A stretch of DNA of 42,500 nt from a virus. Numbering within the stretch: the first letter of the stretch is position 1; each line of letters starts with the position of its first letter. The DNA lies in IMG/VR virus record IMGVR_UViG_3300025117_000015, positions 1 to 42,500 of that record; one strand, written 5' to 3'. Below the pieces are notes generated by a model. The model saw nothing but the letters and a program-made list of their open reading frames with translations, was not told the DNA's origin and made no database searches. Position numbers and translations under genes: made by a program. Shown here piece by piece: positions 8,414 through 15,752 of this stretch.

Positions 8414-9016
8414 TTAAGAAATAAGTTTATCTGCTTCTGCTTTGAGTTCGGCTATCTTCTTTAGAATTTCAGCCTTGCGAGTTGCGTTCTCGTTGTTCGC
8501 CTTTATTCCTGTATGCCATTCAAACAATTCGGCATTAAACTCGGGTAGGCTTCTGATGTAATCTATCAATTCTTGTGGCATACCTTCCCATATATTCTCT
8601 TTCTTTTTTATGTCGCTTGCGTCAACCTTGCTCCATTCCGAGCCAGCCTTAAGATATAACTCAAAAGCGTTATTGGCTCTTGGCTTCCAGTCACCTTGTT
8701 TATCATAGATACTACTTAAGACTTCGCTGAATCTATCTTCCGAAACTTCAACACCGAATATAGTCGGCTTATCTTCTTTTTTAGGAGCAAATATAGCCTT
8801 GTAAACTCCTTTAGATTCTTTCACGCCATAGCTGTAGGACACGCCATCGCTGTAGGACACGCCATCGCTGTAGGACACGCCATTGCTGGAGTACACGCCA
8901 TCGCTGGAGGACACGCCATAGCTGGAGGACACGCCATCGCCGTAGGACACGCCATCCGAGGAGGACACGCCATTCGAGTAGTACACGCCATTCGAGTTTT
9001 TAATTGAGTCTGTCAT
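8414..9016 (-). CDS. Protein with an N-terminal Gly-Val-Ser/Tyr hexapeptide repeat array and a helical C-terminal domain
   Basis: About eleven x-G-V-[SY]-[SY]-[SG] units (NGVSYS DGVSYS ...) are followed by ~125 aa of non-repetitive sequence ending in a coiled-coil-like tail. Confidence 0.6.
   Translation of the reverse strand: MTDSIKNSNGVYYSNGVSSSDGVSYGDGVSSSYGVSSSDGVYSSNGVSYSDGVSYSDGVSYSYGVKESKGVYKAIFAPKKEDKPTIFGVEVSEDRFSEVLSSIYDKQGDWKPRANNAFELYLKAGSEWSKVDASDIKKKENIWEGMPQELIDYIRSLPEFNAELFEWHTGIKANNENATRKAEILKKIAELKAEADKLIS
8822..9001. repeat. Ten tandem 18-bp units (cacgccatcgctgtagga consensus) inside CDS 8414..9016
   Basis: Read directly. Three adjacent units are identical or differ at one base; the others diverge mainly at 3-5 positions. 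Confidence 0.9.
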
Positions 9017-9056
9017 ATTATTTTGTTAAATTATAGTTTTTCATGTTTTATTTTGA

Positions 9057-9146
9057 TTAGTAGAATATTCTTTGTACTACATAGACGGTGATTACTACAA
9101 TCCCTAGAAAACATAACGCTTGTGCTATTTCGTTGTCTATTTTCAT
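9057..9146 (-). CDS. Small membrane peptide (29 aa, MKIDNEIAQALCFLGIVVITVYVVQRIFY)
   Basis: Hand-translated. It starts 2 nt after the upstream stop and has one hydrophobic segment. Confidence 0.35.
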   Translation of the reverse strand: MKIDNEIAQALCFLGIVVITVYVVQRIFY

Positions 9147-9147
9147 C

Positions 9148-9447
9148 TTATAAAGTTTTAAGAAATTGTTTGAGGTTTTTCTCTGAAAACACAACTACCT
9201 CCTCTAATGTTTTATTTTTCCGCACATCGAATCTCTGTATATACCTTCGGTTCTCCTCTTTTTCAACCCACTCCTGTATACGCTTGATCGTGTCGGACTT
9301 GCCTGCTTTAAATCCCACACCGTAAAAGTCTTCTATCTCTATACTATATCCAATTGGTTCTAAACCATTACAGGTAACAGTTACGCCACCTGAACATATC
9401 TTCTTTGCCGTGAGTTTCTTTTTACTTTTCGAAGTAGCTTTTTTCAT
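9148..9447 (-). CDS. Hypothetical protein with a lysine-rich N-terminus (99 aa from the ATG at 9447)
   Basis: The track ORF extends to 9477. The ATG at 9447 forms an ATGA overlap with the upstream stop, so I prefer it. Confidence 0.5.
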   Translation of the reverse strand: MKKATSKSKKKLTAKKICSGGVTVTCNGLEPIGYSIEIEDFYGVGFKAGKSDTIKRIQEWVEKEENRRYIQRFDVRKNKTLEEVVVFSEKNLKQFLKTL

Positions 9448-9662
9448 TTTAGGTTTTTTAAATAGTCCTGAATCCAATCTCTGTGAATCTTCCAGCGTGG
9501 CATATCGCCTGAAGAAGTGTTTATCGCTCGTAGTTGCGTTCTTGTACCGTCAACATTCAATCTGCCAACCTTGATTAGCTTCCTGATGTTGTCGATTCCA
9601 AGAGGTATGAAGCCCATGTCGTGTACTTCGTTTGGTGTGTACCATTCTTTCTCGAATTTCAT
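9444..9662 (-). CDS. Helix-turn-helix DNA-binding protein (excisionase/AlpA-like HTH_17)
   Basis: YTPNEVHDMGFI..GIDNIRKLIKVGRL resembles the MerR-superfamily excisionase-type HTH. Confidence 0.4.
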   Translation of the reverse strand: MKFEKEWYTPNEVHDMGFIPLGIDNIRKLIKVGRLNVDGTRTQLRAINTSSGDMPRWKIHRDWIQDYLKNLK

Positions 9663-9679
9663 ATTATTATTGTTAAGTT

Positions 9680-10048
9680 TTAGAAAGGAAGCGAGTCTAC
9701 TGTGATTTGCGTATGCGTTTCTACTGGCTTCATTATTTGCTTTGCGCTTAATTCTCCAATCTTTAACTCATGCTTCTTTACAACCGCAATTAGCTTCTCT
9801 ACTGTTTCTTTAAGCAAATCAAGTTCACTCAATGGTCTGAATTTCTTATACATTTTTCCGTTGTATTCCTCCTCGTAGATTTCAATATCTACCTCGTCGC
9901 CTTCTAGCCATGTTGCCGTGACTTTATTTCCAAATCCATTTAAGTATTCGTTTCCTGTCGCTTCGGTTTTGATTGAGCAGGTCGTGTACTGTTTCCCTGC
10001 CTTGCTAGTCTTCTGTTCATTCTTTACGAACGTGAGTTTTGCCTTCAT
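9680..10048 (-). CDS. SSB-like OB-fold protein with a C-terminal D-x-L-P-F tip
   Basis: The beta-rich N-terminal ~75 aa contains GDEVDIEIYEEEYNGKMY. The protein ends ...TVDSLPF, reminiscent of the DDDIPF tail of bacterial SSB. It is adjacent to the exonuclease. Confidence 0.45.
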   Translation of the reverse strand: MKAKLTFVKNEQKTSKAGKQYTTCSIKTEATGNEYLNGFGNKVTATWLEGDEVDIEIYEEEYNGKMYKKFRPLSELDLLKETVEKLIAVVKKHELKIGELSAKQIMKPVETHTQITVDSLPF

Positions 10049-10057
10049 GTTTTATAG

Positions 10058-10924
10058 TTAAGATTTTTTAGAATAACCTGCTGTTAATTCGTGGATTCTT
10101 TTAAGCTCCGCTTCTGTATATCCGATAGTTGTTCCTTCCTTCTTAATGAGATAATCTTTCCATGCGCTGTACTGTATATTCCAATCGCCGATCACCGCTC
10201 TGTTAGCTCGTGCGTTGGCAATCTTTGACTTCGGTACAGCTTTCCAGTCTAGCGTTTCAATATCGTATTTGTACTTAAAGTCTGAAGCTGGCTCAATGTC
10301 TTTCGATATATAGTTATCGTATATATCCTTGTAGCGGTTCATAGTGTCCATTAAATCAAATTCGATTCCGTAGCATTTAAACTTTGTACCTTCTCTTGTA
10401 AGTTCAAACTGGTATATCCCGTCAATTACGAAAGCGTCTTTAAAATGGACATAAAACAGGATTCCTTTCTTTGCTTTAATCGAAGCCATGTAAAAAGCAA
10501 GTTGCTTTAAGTAGGAGGTTTTTGGATTGCAATTTTCAAGGTCTTTCTTCTGATAATCTCCAAAACTCGTTTTTATCTCAATCGGGACTTGCTCGCCTTC
10601 TATGTCTAGGAGGCCGTCCATATATCCTGTAACTTTAATGCCGTTCCAATCAATATCGACACGGTGTTGGTCGCCGTCTTTTGGTTCAACTAATATGCCC
10701 ATTCGCTTAAAGGTATCAATTACACGCTTTTCTACCATTGTGCGGACTTCTAATCCGAATTTGGTATGCGGTGTCATTGGATTAGAGCGAGGCAATCCTT
10801 TCCATTCGGCGTATATCTCAAACTTATCCTTCTCCGAATCAGTTGCCCAAAAGCTATTCTTCTGGTGCGATTCTTTACGCTCCTCAAGTAGCTGTTTCTG
10901 TATTTCAGTAACTAAGTTTTTCAT
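10058..10924 (-). CDS. PD-(D/E)XK family exonuclease (recombination exonuclease-like)
   Basis: YMDGLLDIEGEQVPIEIKT supplies a D...E.K catalytic signature. Size and position next to the SSB-like gene fit. Confidence 0.6.
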   Translation of the reverse strand: MKNLVTEIQKQLLEERKESHQKNSFWATDSEKDKFEIYAEWKGLPRSNPMTPHTKFGLEVRTMVEKRVIDTFKRMGILVEPKDGDQHRVDIDWNGIKVTGYMDGLLDIEGEQVPIEIKTSFGDYQKKDLENCNPKTSYLKQLAFYMASIKAKKGILFYVHFKDAFVIDGIYQFELTREGTKFKCYGIEFDLMDTMNRYKDIYDNYISKDIEPASDFKYKYDIETLDWKAVPKSKIANARANRAVIGDWNIQYSAWKDYLIKKEGTTIGYTEAELKRIHELTAGYSKKS

Positions 10925-11250
10925 TATATAAGTTTTAGAATTCCTTTCTTTGTATCAGCAGAACAGTATCGCCAGTCGATCGATTCCTCTCGAATCTTCT
11001 TATATTGGCTTTCTTTGACTGGTACCATACCGACATGCAGCGTGGCATAATCCCCATATCTTTTCAGTACGCATAGCCAGAAGTCTTGATTGCCTTTTCG
11101 GTACTTAACAAACTCAAATCCGTCATTCCTCATTCTGAATAATATATCGCCGTATCTTGGTATTCGCATGTCGAGAAACTTGAAGGCGGGCACGAATCTA
11201 CCTTTTAAGAGCAATGCTTCAATTCGCTGGCGTTGTGAAGGTTTTTTCAT
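10924..11250 (-). CDS. Winged-helix/HTH_39-like DNA-binding protein
   Basis: SQRQRIEALLLKG ... RIPRYGDILFRMRNDGFEF resembles the HTH_39 pattern (..RLaaRI.eLr..G..I). Confidence 0.35.
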   Translation of the reverse strand: MKKPSQRQRIEALLLKGRFVPAFKFLDMRIPRYGDILFRMRNDGFEFVKYRKGNQDFWLCVLKRYGDYATLHVGMVPVKESQYKKIREESIDWRYCSADTKKGILKLI

Positions 11251-11355
11251 TTTGTTTTTTTGTTAGTTTCTTGTTGGTCTATCTTTTGGTGTTGCCTGAT
11301 TAAAATATAAGAGGTATCAAGTTCCGAAATTTCTTCTTCTGTTGCCTCCCTTAGT

Positions 11356-11556
11356 TTAGAATACATGGCCGCAGTCGTTACAAATTACAATATCAGCGTC
11401 AGTAATAGTTCCGTCTTCGTCTTCGTAGAAATCAGACTTGTAATAAAGGTCGGTCGAACCGCATACGTCACACTCTGGCTCTTCGATCTGTTTGAAGCGC
11501 ATGTGTAGCTCGTCTAGCTTTGGGGTTGTTGTCACCTTGTCGAGTAGGCTTTGCAT
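11356..11556 (-). CDS. Small zinc-ribbon protein (66 aa)
   Basis: It has CDVCGS ... CNDCGH Cys pairs. Confidence 0.5.
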   Translation of the reverse strand: MQSLLDKVTTTPKLDELHMRFKQIEEPECDVCGSTDLYYKSDFYEDEDGTITDADIVICNDCGHVF

Positions 11557-11568
11557 GTTGTTGTTTTG

Positions 11569-12150
11569 TTAGAAGTTGAAAACATATCTTCCGTTAAAGA
11601 AATCACTGCAATCTTTTTCTAAATCTTCTAATGCTCGTTGAGATTTTTTTATATTATGCTCAATGTCTGTTTTCCTATCGCCTAGCCATATTTTTTTAGC
11701 CATATCTCGTATCTCCTCGTAAGGTCTTAAAGATAATCCCCAGCGAGCTAATAGGTATTTCGGAGAAGAATAACTGTCGGTCAATACGCCTACTACTATC
11801 GGGTCTATATCCTCTTTGTTTTCAGACCAGATTTCCACTTTGTTGAAAAACTTTCTATTTTGTACTTCCGTCAAAAGACGCATTACCTGAATTGGCACAA
11901 CTCCTTTGTACTGCCTTACTTCTGTTTTATTTGGGCAATAAGTTTCCCATGTATTGACTTCTGCACTATTTAATTCAGGGAATGGAATAATGCCCTTGCT
12001 TACATCCATTTCGAGCGAAGCGGCTTTTTGCTTATACTCTTCAATGTCTTCGGTATAAGTCGGCGACAGAATGTCTATCAAGTCGAATGTTTCGAGTTCT
12101 AATTCTCTCTTGTTGAGAACCTTGTTGAGCAATCCGTTTTGGATTTTCAT
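11569..12150 (-). CDS. Hypothetical protein (193 aa)
   Basis: ORF in the operon. No motif recognised. Confidence 0.55.
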   Translation of the reverse strand: MKIQNGLLNKVLNKRELELETFDLIDILSPTYTEDIEEYKQKAASLEMDVSKGIIPFPELNSAEVNTWETYCPNKTEVRQYKGVVPIQVMRLLTEVQNRKFFNKVEIWSENKEDIDPIVVGVLTDSYSSPKYLLARWGLSLRPYEEIRDMAKKIWLGDRKTDIEHNIKKSQRALEDLEKDCSDFFNGRYVFNF

Positions 12151-12253
12151 GTTGTCTTTTGTTAGGGAGTATTTTGCTTGGATAAGTTGTTTGTTTTAGG
12201 CTTCTGTTATCGAACGGGTCGAAAGTTGAAGCGTTCTGTCTTATCTGCCTACC

Positions 12254-12282
12254 ATATTACACGCAAATTGTTAAATAAGCAA
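12254..12282 (-). promoter_or_regulatory. Sigma70-type promoter candidate (TTGCTT-17-TAATAT on the minus strand)
   Basis: Read on the reverse complement within the 156-nt gap upstream of gene 11569..12150. Confidence 0.35.
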
Positions 12283-12306
12283 GTGCAAGTTATTAAGTAA
12301 GTATTG

Positions 12307-12738
12307 TTATATTGTAGAATTATTTTGTTTTGTTTCTTTTGATTCATGTTTATACCAGTTGACGCGCATTTCAATCGCTTTCAAAATCTTCTCAAGTGCC
12401 AAGCAAGTCTGATGCGTTCTTTCGACTTCCGCTTCCTTCTTCATTTCGTCTACTAGTTGGTCAACAGTCGCCCAATCCGCTTTCAATTCAAGTTTGTTTA
12501 ATACTAATTTCTTCCCTTCTTTATTCATTCCTTTTGCAAATTCCAGCATTTTAAGAGTCCTCCCACGCTTTCTAGCACAATAGGCGACAATATGGCTGTC
12601 TTTTGCGTTCCCTAGCTCTAGGCGTAGGTAGGCGAGTGTTTGGCTGATTCTTTCGTACAAGTCTACTAAAAGACCGATTTGCATATCTTTGTTTCCGATT
12701 CTTGCGTATTCGTCTATGAGTTGTTGGGCTTGGGTCAT
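12307..12738 (-). CDS. Hypothetical helical protein (143 aa)
   Basis: ORF with a 4-nt overlap with the upstream HNH gene. Confidence 0.55.
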   Translation of the reverse strand: MTQAQQLIDEYARIGNKDMQIGLLVDLYERISQTLAYLRLELGNAKDSHIVAYCARKRGRTLKMLEFAKGMNKEGKKLVLNKLELKADWATVDQLVDEMKKEAEVERTHQTCLALEKILKAIEMRVNWYKHESKETKQNNSTI

Positions 12739-13019
12739 AATTGTTTTTGTTTAATTTTTTCGTATCTTTTTGGGTCTAACTTTATGAGTCCTGAATGTAT
12801 GTCGTGATGGCAGAAGGCGCAAACGCATATTCCATTATCAGGGTCTTGTGCTAGGTCTATCCTCGCACCGCGAGTGAGTAAATGATGCGAACATAAAGTC
12901 TGTCTATCGCCGTATCTTCCGCAAACCTCACAATGCCACTTCGCTCTTGTGCAAACTTCTTCGTGTAATTTTTTAAGATTTTGTTTTGCCATATCGTCTT
13001 CCAATATACACGGAACCAT
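12735..13019 (-). CDS. HNH endonuclease
   Basis: CEVCGR ... SHHLL ... CAFCHHDIH gives the HNH zinc-finger pattern. Confidence 0.7.
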   Translation of the reverse strand: MVPCILEDDMAKQNLKKLHEEVCTRAKWHCEVCGRYGDRQTLCSHHLLTRGARIDLAQDPDNGICVCAFCHHDIHSGLIKLDPKRYEKIKQKQL

Positions 13020-13055
13020 GCCACAGTCAAGTGTAATTTATTTAATAACTTACCA

Positions 13056-13085
13056 TTGACAACGGCTATACCCCCGTGTTATGAT
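13056..13085 (+). promoter_or_regulatory. Rightward extended -10 sigma70-type promoter (TTGACA-18-TGtTATGAT)
   Basis: Near-consensus hexamers read directly in the divergent intergenic region. Confidence 0.5.
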
Positions 13086-13109
13086 ACTGTTGGTTTTAAA
13101 ATTTAACAA
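13081..13109 (-). promoter_or_regulatory. Leftward sigma70-type promoter candidate (TTGTTA-17-TATCAT) whose -10 overlaps the rightward -10
   Basis: The reverse complement of 13081..13109 reads ttgttaaattttaaaaccaacagtatcat. Confidence 0.35.
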
Positions 13110-13118
13110 AACAAAAAA

Positions 13119-13241
13119 ATGAAAAACCAAATGTTTCCAAACAACAAGTCCGACTGGGTGCTGTTTGTAATCCTACTCGCAGGAGTAACACTAGCCTGTT
13201 GCGTAATGGTCAAAATGTTATGGATAGCTGATATTTTCTAA
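13119..13241 (+). CDS. Small membrane peptide (40 aa)
   Basis: Hand-translated: MKNQMFPNNKSDWVLFVILLAGVTLACCVMVKMLWIADIF. It has an A-rich leader like the neighbouring genes. Confidence 0.4.
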   Translation: MKNQMFPNNKSDWVLFVILLAGVTLACCVMVKMLWIADIF

Positions 13242-13251
13242 AACAAAAACT

Positions 13252-13341
13252 ATGACAAAAACAGACAAGCTACAGGCGGGGGCAATCATTGCAATCTGGG
13301 TCTTGGTAATGTTGGTCAATCTATTTTTATTTATTAAGTAA
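13252..13341 (+). CDS. Small membrane peptide (29 aa)
   Basis: Hand-translated: MTKTDKLQAGAIIAIWVLVMLVNLFLFIK. Confidence 0.35.
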   Translation: MTKTDKLQAGAIIAIWVLVMLVNLFLFIK

Positions 13342-13348
13342 AAACAAA

Positions 13349-13693
13349 ATGAAAAAAACTACAATCGCAACAATCAGCGTTTTCGCATTTATAGGGCTTC
13401 TGGCGTGCTTTGTGGCATTGAGCGGTGTTACCTATGCGGAAGACACTACAAAGTGCCAACAGGGCGATGAAACAGCGTGTTACGGCGAAGCTACAAGTAG
13501 GGCGCAGGCCGTTTACGATGACGCAGAAATGGAATATATCATGGCGAAGGCTACTTATGAGCAAGCTCTCGCAACTTACGAAGAGGCAACTAGTAATCTT
13601 GCATGGAACAAATACAAGGATTTGAAAGACGGCGGTTATCCTGATGCCACAAGATTACAAGAGTTAGGAGTGAAAGCTGGTATAGTTTTTTAG
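13349..13693 (+). CDS. Secreted or lipoprotein-like protein (114 aa)
   Basis: The N-terminal signal-like segment TIATISVFAFIGLLAC has a Cys in a lipobox-like context. Confidence 0.5.
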   Translation: MKKTTIATISVFAFIGLLACFVALSGVTYAEDTTKCQQGDETACYGEATSRAQAVYDDAEMEYIMAKATYEQALATYEEATSNLAWNKYKDLKDGGYPDATRLQELGVKAGIVF

Positions 13694-13746
13694 ATGAACC
13701 TGTAGCAAGTTCTAAAACTGCAAGTGAATTAGATTGGTTTGAGGAT

Positions 13747-14118
13747 ATGTTCCTACTCCCCAAGGAAGCCTATGTTGAAAATCATCCAGAAGAATACTGT
13801 TATAAAAAGGACGTAGACGAGGATCAGAATCAATATGTAAGATACGCCTCTATGATAAGTAGCAACGACCTCGATTTCCTTTCAACCCTCGAAGCTGAAA
13901 ATGGGTTATGGACTTCCGATAGGGTTGGAATAACTGGAGATATTGGATTTTGCCAATTCTCGCCATATTATCATCCTGATACAGTAAATGATGATAGATT
14001 CTATACAGACCCATACTGGCAACTCGACCAATGCTGGGAGCATTATCAGGGAGGTACTAGGTTTTACGGATATGATAATCGCAACAATGTTAAAGATAGA
14101 TTTATCTGTCCGACATAG
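13747..14118 (+). CDS. Transglycosylase-like (Rpf/SLT lysozyme-fold) protein
   Basis: LEAENGLW...GDIGFCQFS...W resembles the CESGGNW...YGLLQF pattern of transglycosylase-like domains. Confidence 0.4.
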   Translation: MFLLPKEAYVENHPEEYCYKKDVDEDQNQYVRYASMISSNDLDFLSTLEAENGLWTSDRVGITGDIGFCQFSPYYHPDTVNDDRFYTDPYWQLDQCWEHYQGGTRFYGYDNRNNVKDRFICPT

Positions 14119-14154
14119 ACGAAACTTTTAAATTCAGATTATAACCAAATCAAT

Positions 14155-14415
14155 ATGAAAACAGCTATTCTGATCGCGGAAGGGGTAAAACAAATTATGC
14201 TCACGCCAGAAAATAATGCAGAAACTGAGGCACTCAGCTATATTTCACCTAAGGATGATATCCACACGGTAGTAATAAAAAAAGGACAGTTTGACGACGA
14301 AGACCATGTTTTTGGTGCAGATGTTTATTTGTGCAATGGTGGATACTACAGGGCGGAAAGAAAAAAGGATTCAGTTATGTTTGTTATAACTCCAAAAACT
14401 GAAAAAGAAGTTTGA
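14155..14415 (+). CDS. Hypothetical protein (86 aa)
   Basis: ORF in the operon. Confidence 0.5.
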   Translation: MKTAILIAEGVKQIMLTPENNAETEALSYISPKDDIHTVVIKKGQFDDEDHVFGADVYLCNGGYYRAERKKDSVMFVITPKTEKEV

Positions 14416-14439
14416 CTTTTCCCCTCACTCGTGTATGCT
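14412..14439 (+). promoter_or_regulatory. Sigma70-type promoter candidate (TTGACT-16-TATGCT)
   Basis: Member of the recurring TTGACTTT family. It lies upstream of a 160-nt leader. Confidence 0.4.
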
Positions 14440-14577
14440 TCTGTTGTTAAAGCCCATCAAGCACGCAGAGATATACTCACTATATCGATCTCCAAAGCCT
14501 ATTCACCGCAAGTCTTGATGGACTCCTAGCAATAGGATGTTGGTGGATAGGCTCTGAAGGTTTAACCCATCAAGCAT

Positions 14578-15027
14578 ATGAAAAAGTATTCTGAAAAACT
14601 AAAAGACCCAAGATGGCAAAAGATTCGGCTTAAAGTTCTTGAGCGTGACGAATGGGCATGCGTAAATTGCGGGGAAGATAAATCAATGCTGGCTGTCCAT
14701 CATAAAATTTATAAAAACGGTAAAAACCCGTGGGATTATAAACTGACCGACCTTATTACTTTATGCGATGAGTGCCATCGAGAACAGTCAGAGTCTATGG
14801 ATAACGATTATGCTTTTTTAATTGAAGACCTTAAAACCATTGGATTCTTATATGGGGATATAGATTCTTTAAGAAATGGGATATATAATTCAACACTATA
14901 TAAAGGCTCGAGGGATTTCCATCCAGCCTTCCCAGCCGCTATTGGAAGTGCCTTTGAAATAGAAGAAATACAGCAGGGATTACTTAAATTATATTTCGAC
15001 CATTTAAAAAAGAAATATGATAATTGA
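14578..15027 (+). CDS. HNH endonuclease domain protein (149 aa)
   Basis: PRWQKIRLKVLERDEWACVNCG...LAVHHKIY...LCDECH. Confidence 0.7.
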   Translation: MKKYSEKLKDPRWQKIRLKVLERDEWACVNCGEDKSMLAVHHKIYKNGKNPWDYKLTDLITLCDECHREQSESMDNDYAFLIEDLKTIGFLYGDIDSLRNGIYNSTLYKGSRDFHPAFPAAIGSAFEIEEIQQGLLKLYFDHLKKKYDN

Positions 15028-15748
15028 AAACGGTTGCATTTTTATTGCACGCCAAATACAAATAAGTGAAATATGGGAAAAGCCTGCCGAATGGCTGAAG
15101 GTTTGGATTTATGTCTTACAGGAAGTCAACCATGCAGATAATAAATTATTCAAACGAGGTGAGAATCTTTTTAATTATAATGATATGGTTCGGGACTGCC
15201 GTGTAAAATATAATTCTATCGCTAAATTTATAAAATGGGCAAAATTGGCTAGACTCGTGGCGACACAAAAGACGACACGCGGAGTAGTCATATTTGTGCT
15301 TAACTACGACAAATATCAGACTTTGAATAATTACAAAGGCGATACAAAAAGCGATACGAGTGGCAAAATAGAAGCGAAACAGAAGCGAAATAGAGGCGAT
15401 ACTATAAACAAGAATGATATAAACAATATGAATGAAAAGAATAAGAGAATGTCCGAAACGGACTTTGATAGCTTTTGGAGTGAATACCCAAGAAAAGAAA
15501 GTAAGCAAGAATCCCTTAAGAGGTTCTTGAAACTGGATAAAGAACTCATGCCCGTCATTCTCGAAGCCGTAAAGAGGCAAAAAGCTTCCGCGCAATGGCA
15601 AGAACCTAAATACATACCACACCCGTCAAAATGGCTTAATCAGGCTAGGTGGGAAGATCAGCCCGTGCTTGACCCACGAGCTAGACTACCAGACGAGAAG
15701 TGGGGCGCATGGCAGTTGCGACTCTCGAAACTAGATAGCCAAAATTAA
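15017..15748 (+). CDS. Replication initiation / replisome-organiser-like protein
   Basis: It lies immediately upstream of the helicase. The C-terminal FDSFWSEYPRKESKQESLKRFLKL motif is common in phage replication proteins. Confidence 0.45.
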   Translation: MIIENGCIFIARQIQISEIWEKPAEWLKVWIYVLQEVNHADNKLFKRGENLFNYNDMVRDCRVKYNSIAKFIKWAKLARLVATQKTTRGVVIFVLNYDKYQTLNNYKGDTKSDTSGKIEAKQKRNRGDTINKNDINNMNEKNKRMSETDFDSFWSEYPRKESKQESLKRFLKLDKELMPVILEAVKRQKASAQWQEPKYIPHPSKWLNQARWEDQPVLDPRARLPDEKWGAWQLRLSKLDSQN

Positions 15749-15752
15749 AAAG

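Noticed and set aside
11345-11352. AAGGGAGG Shine-Dalgarno-like motif on the minus strand just after the stop of gene 11356..11556
   Set aside because: No start codon follows within a usable distance and no other gene in the genome uses an SD. It is probably coincidental.
15146-15622. 158-aa and 94-aa minus-strand ORFs
   Set aside because: They are antisense to the replisome-organiser gene in the middle of a plus-strand operon, and their composition is typical of shadow ORFs.
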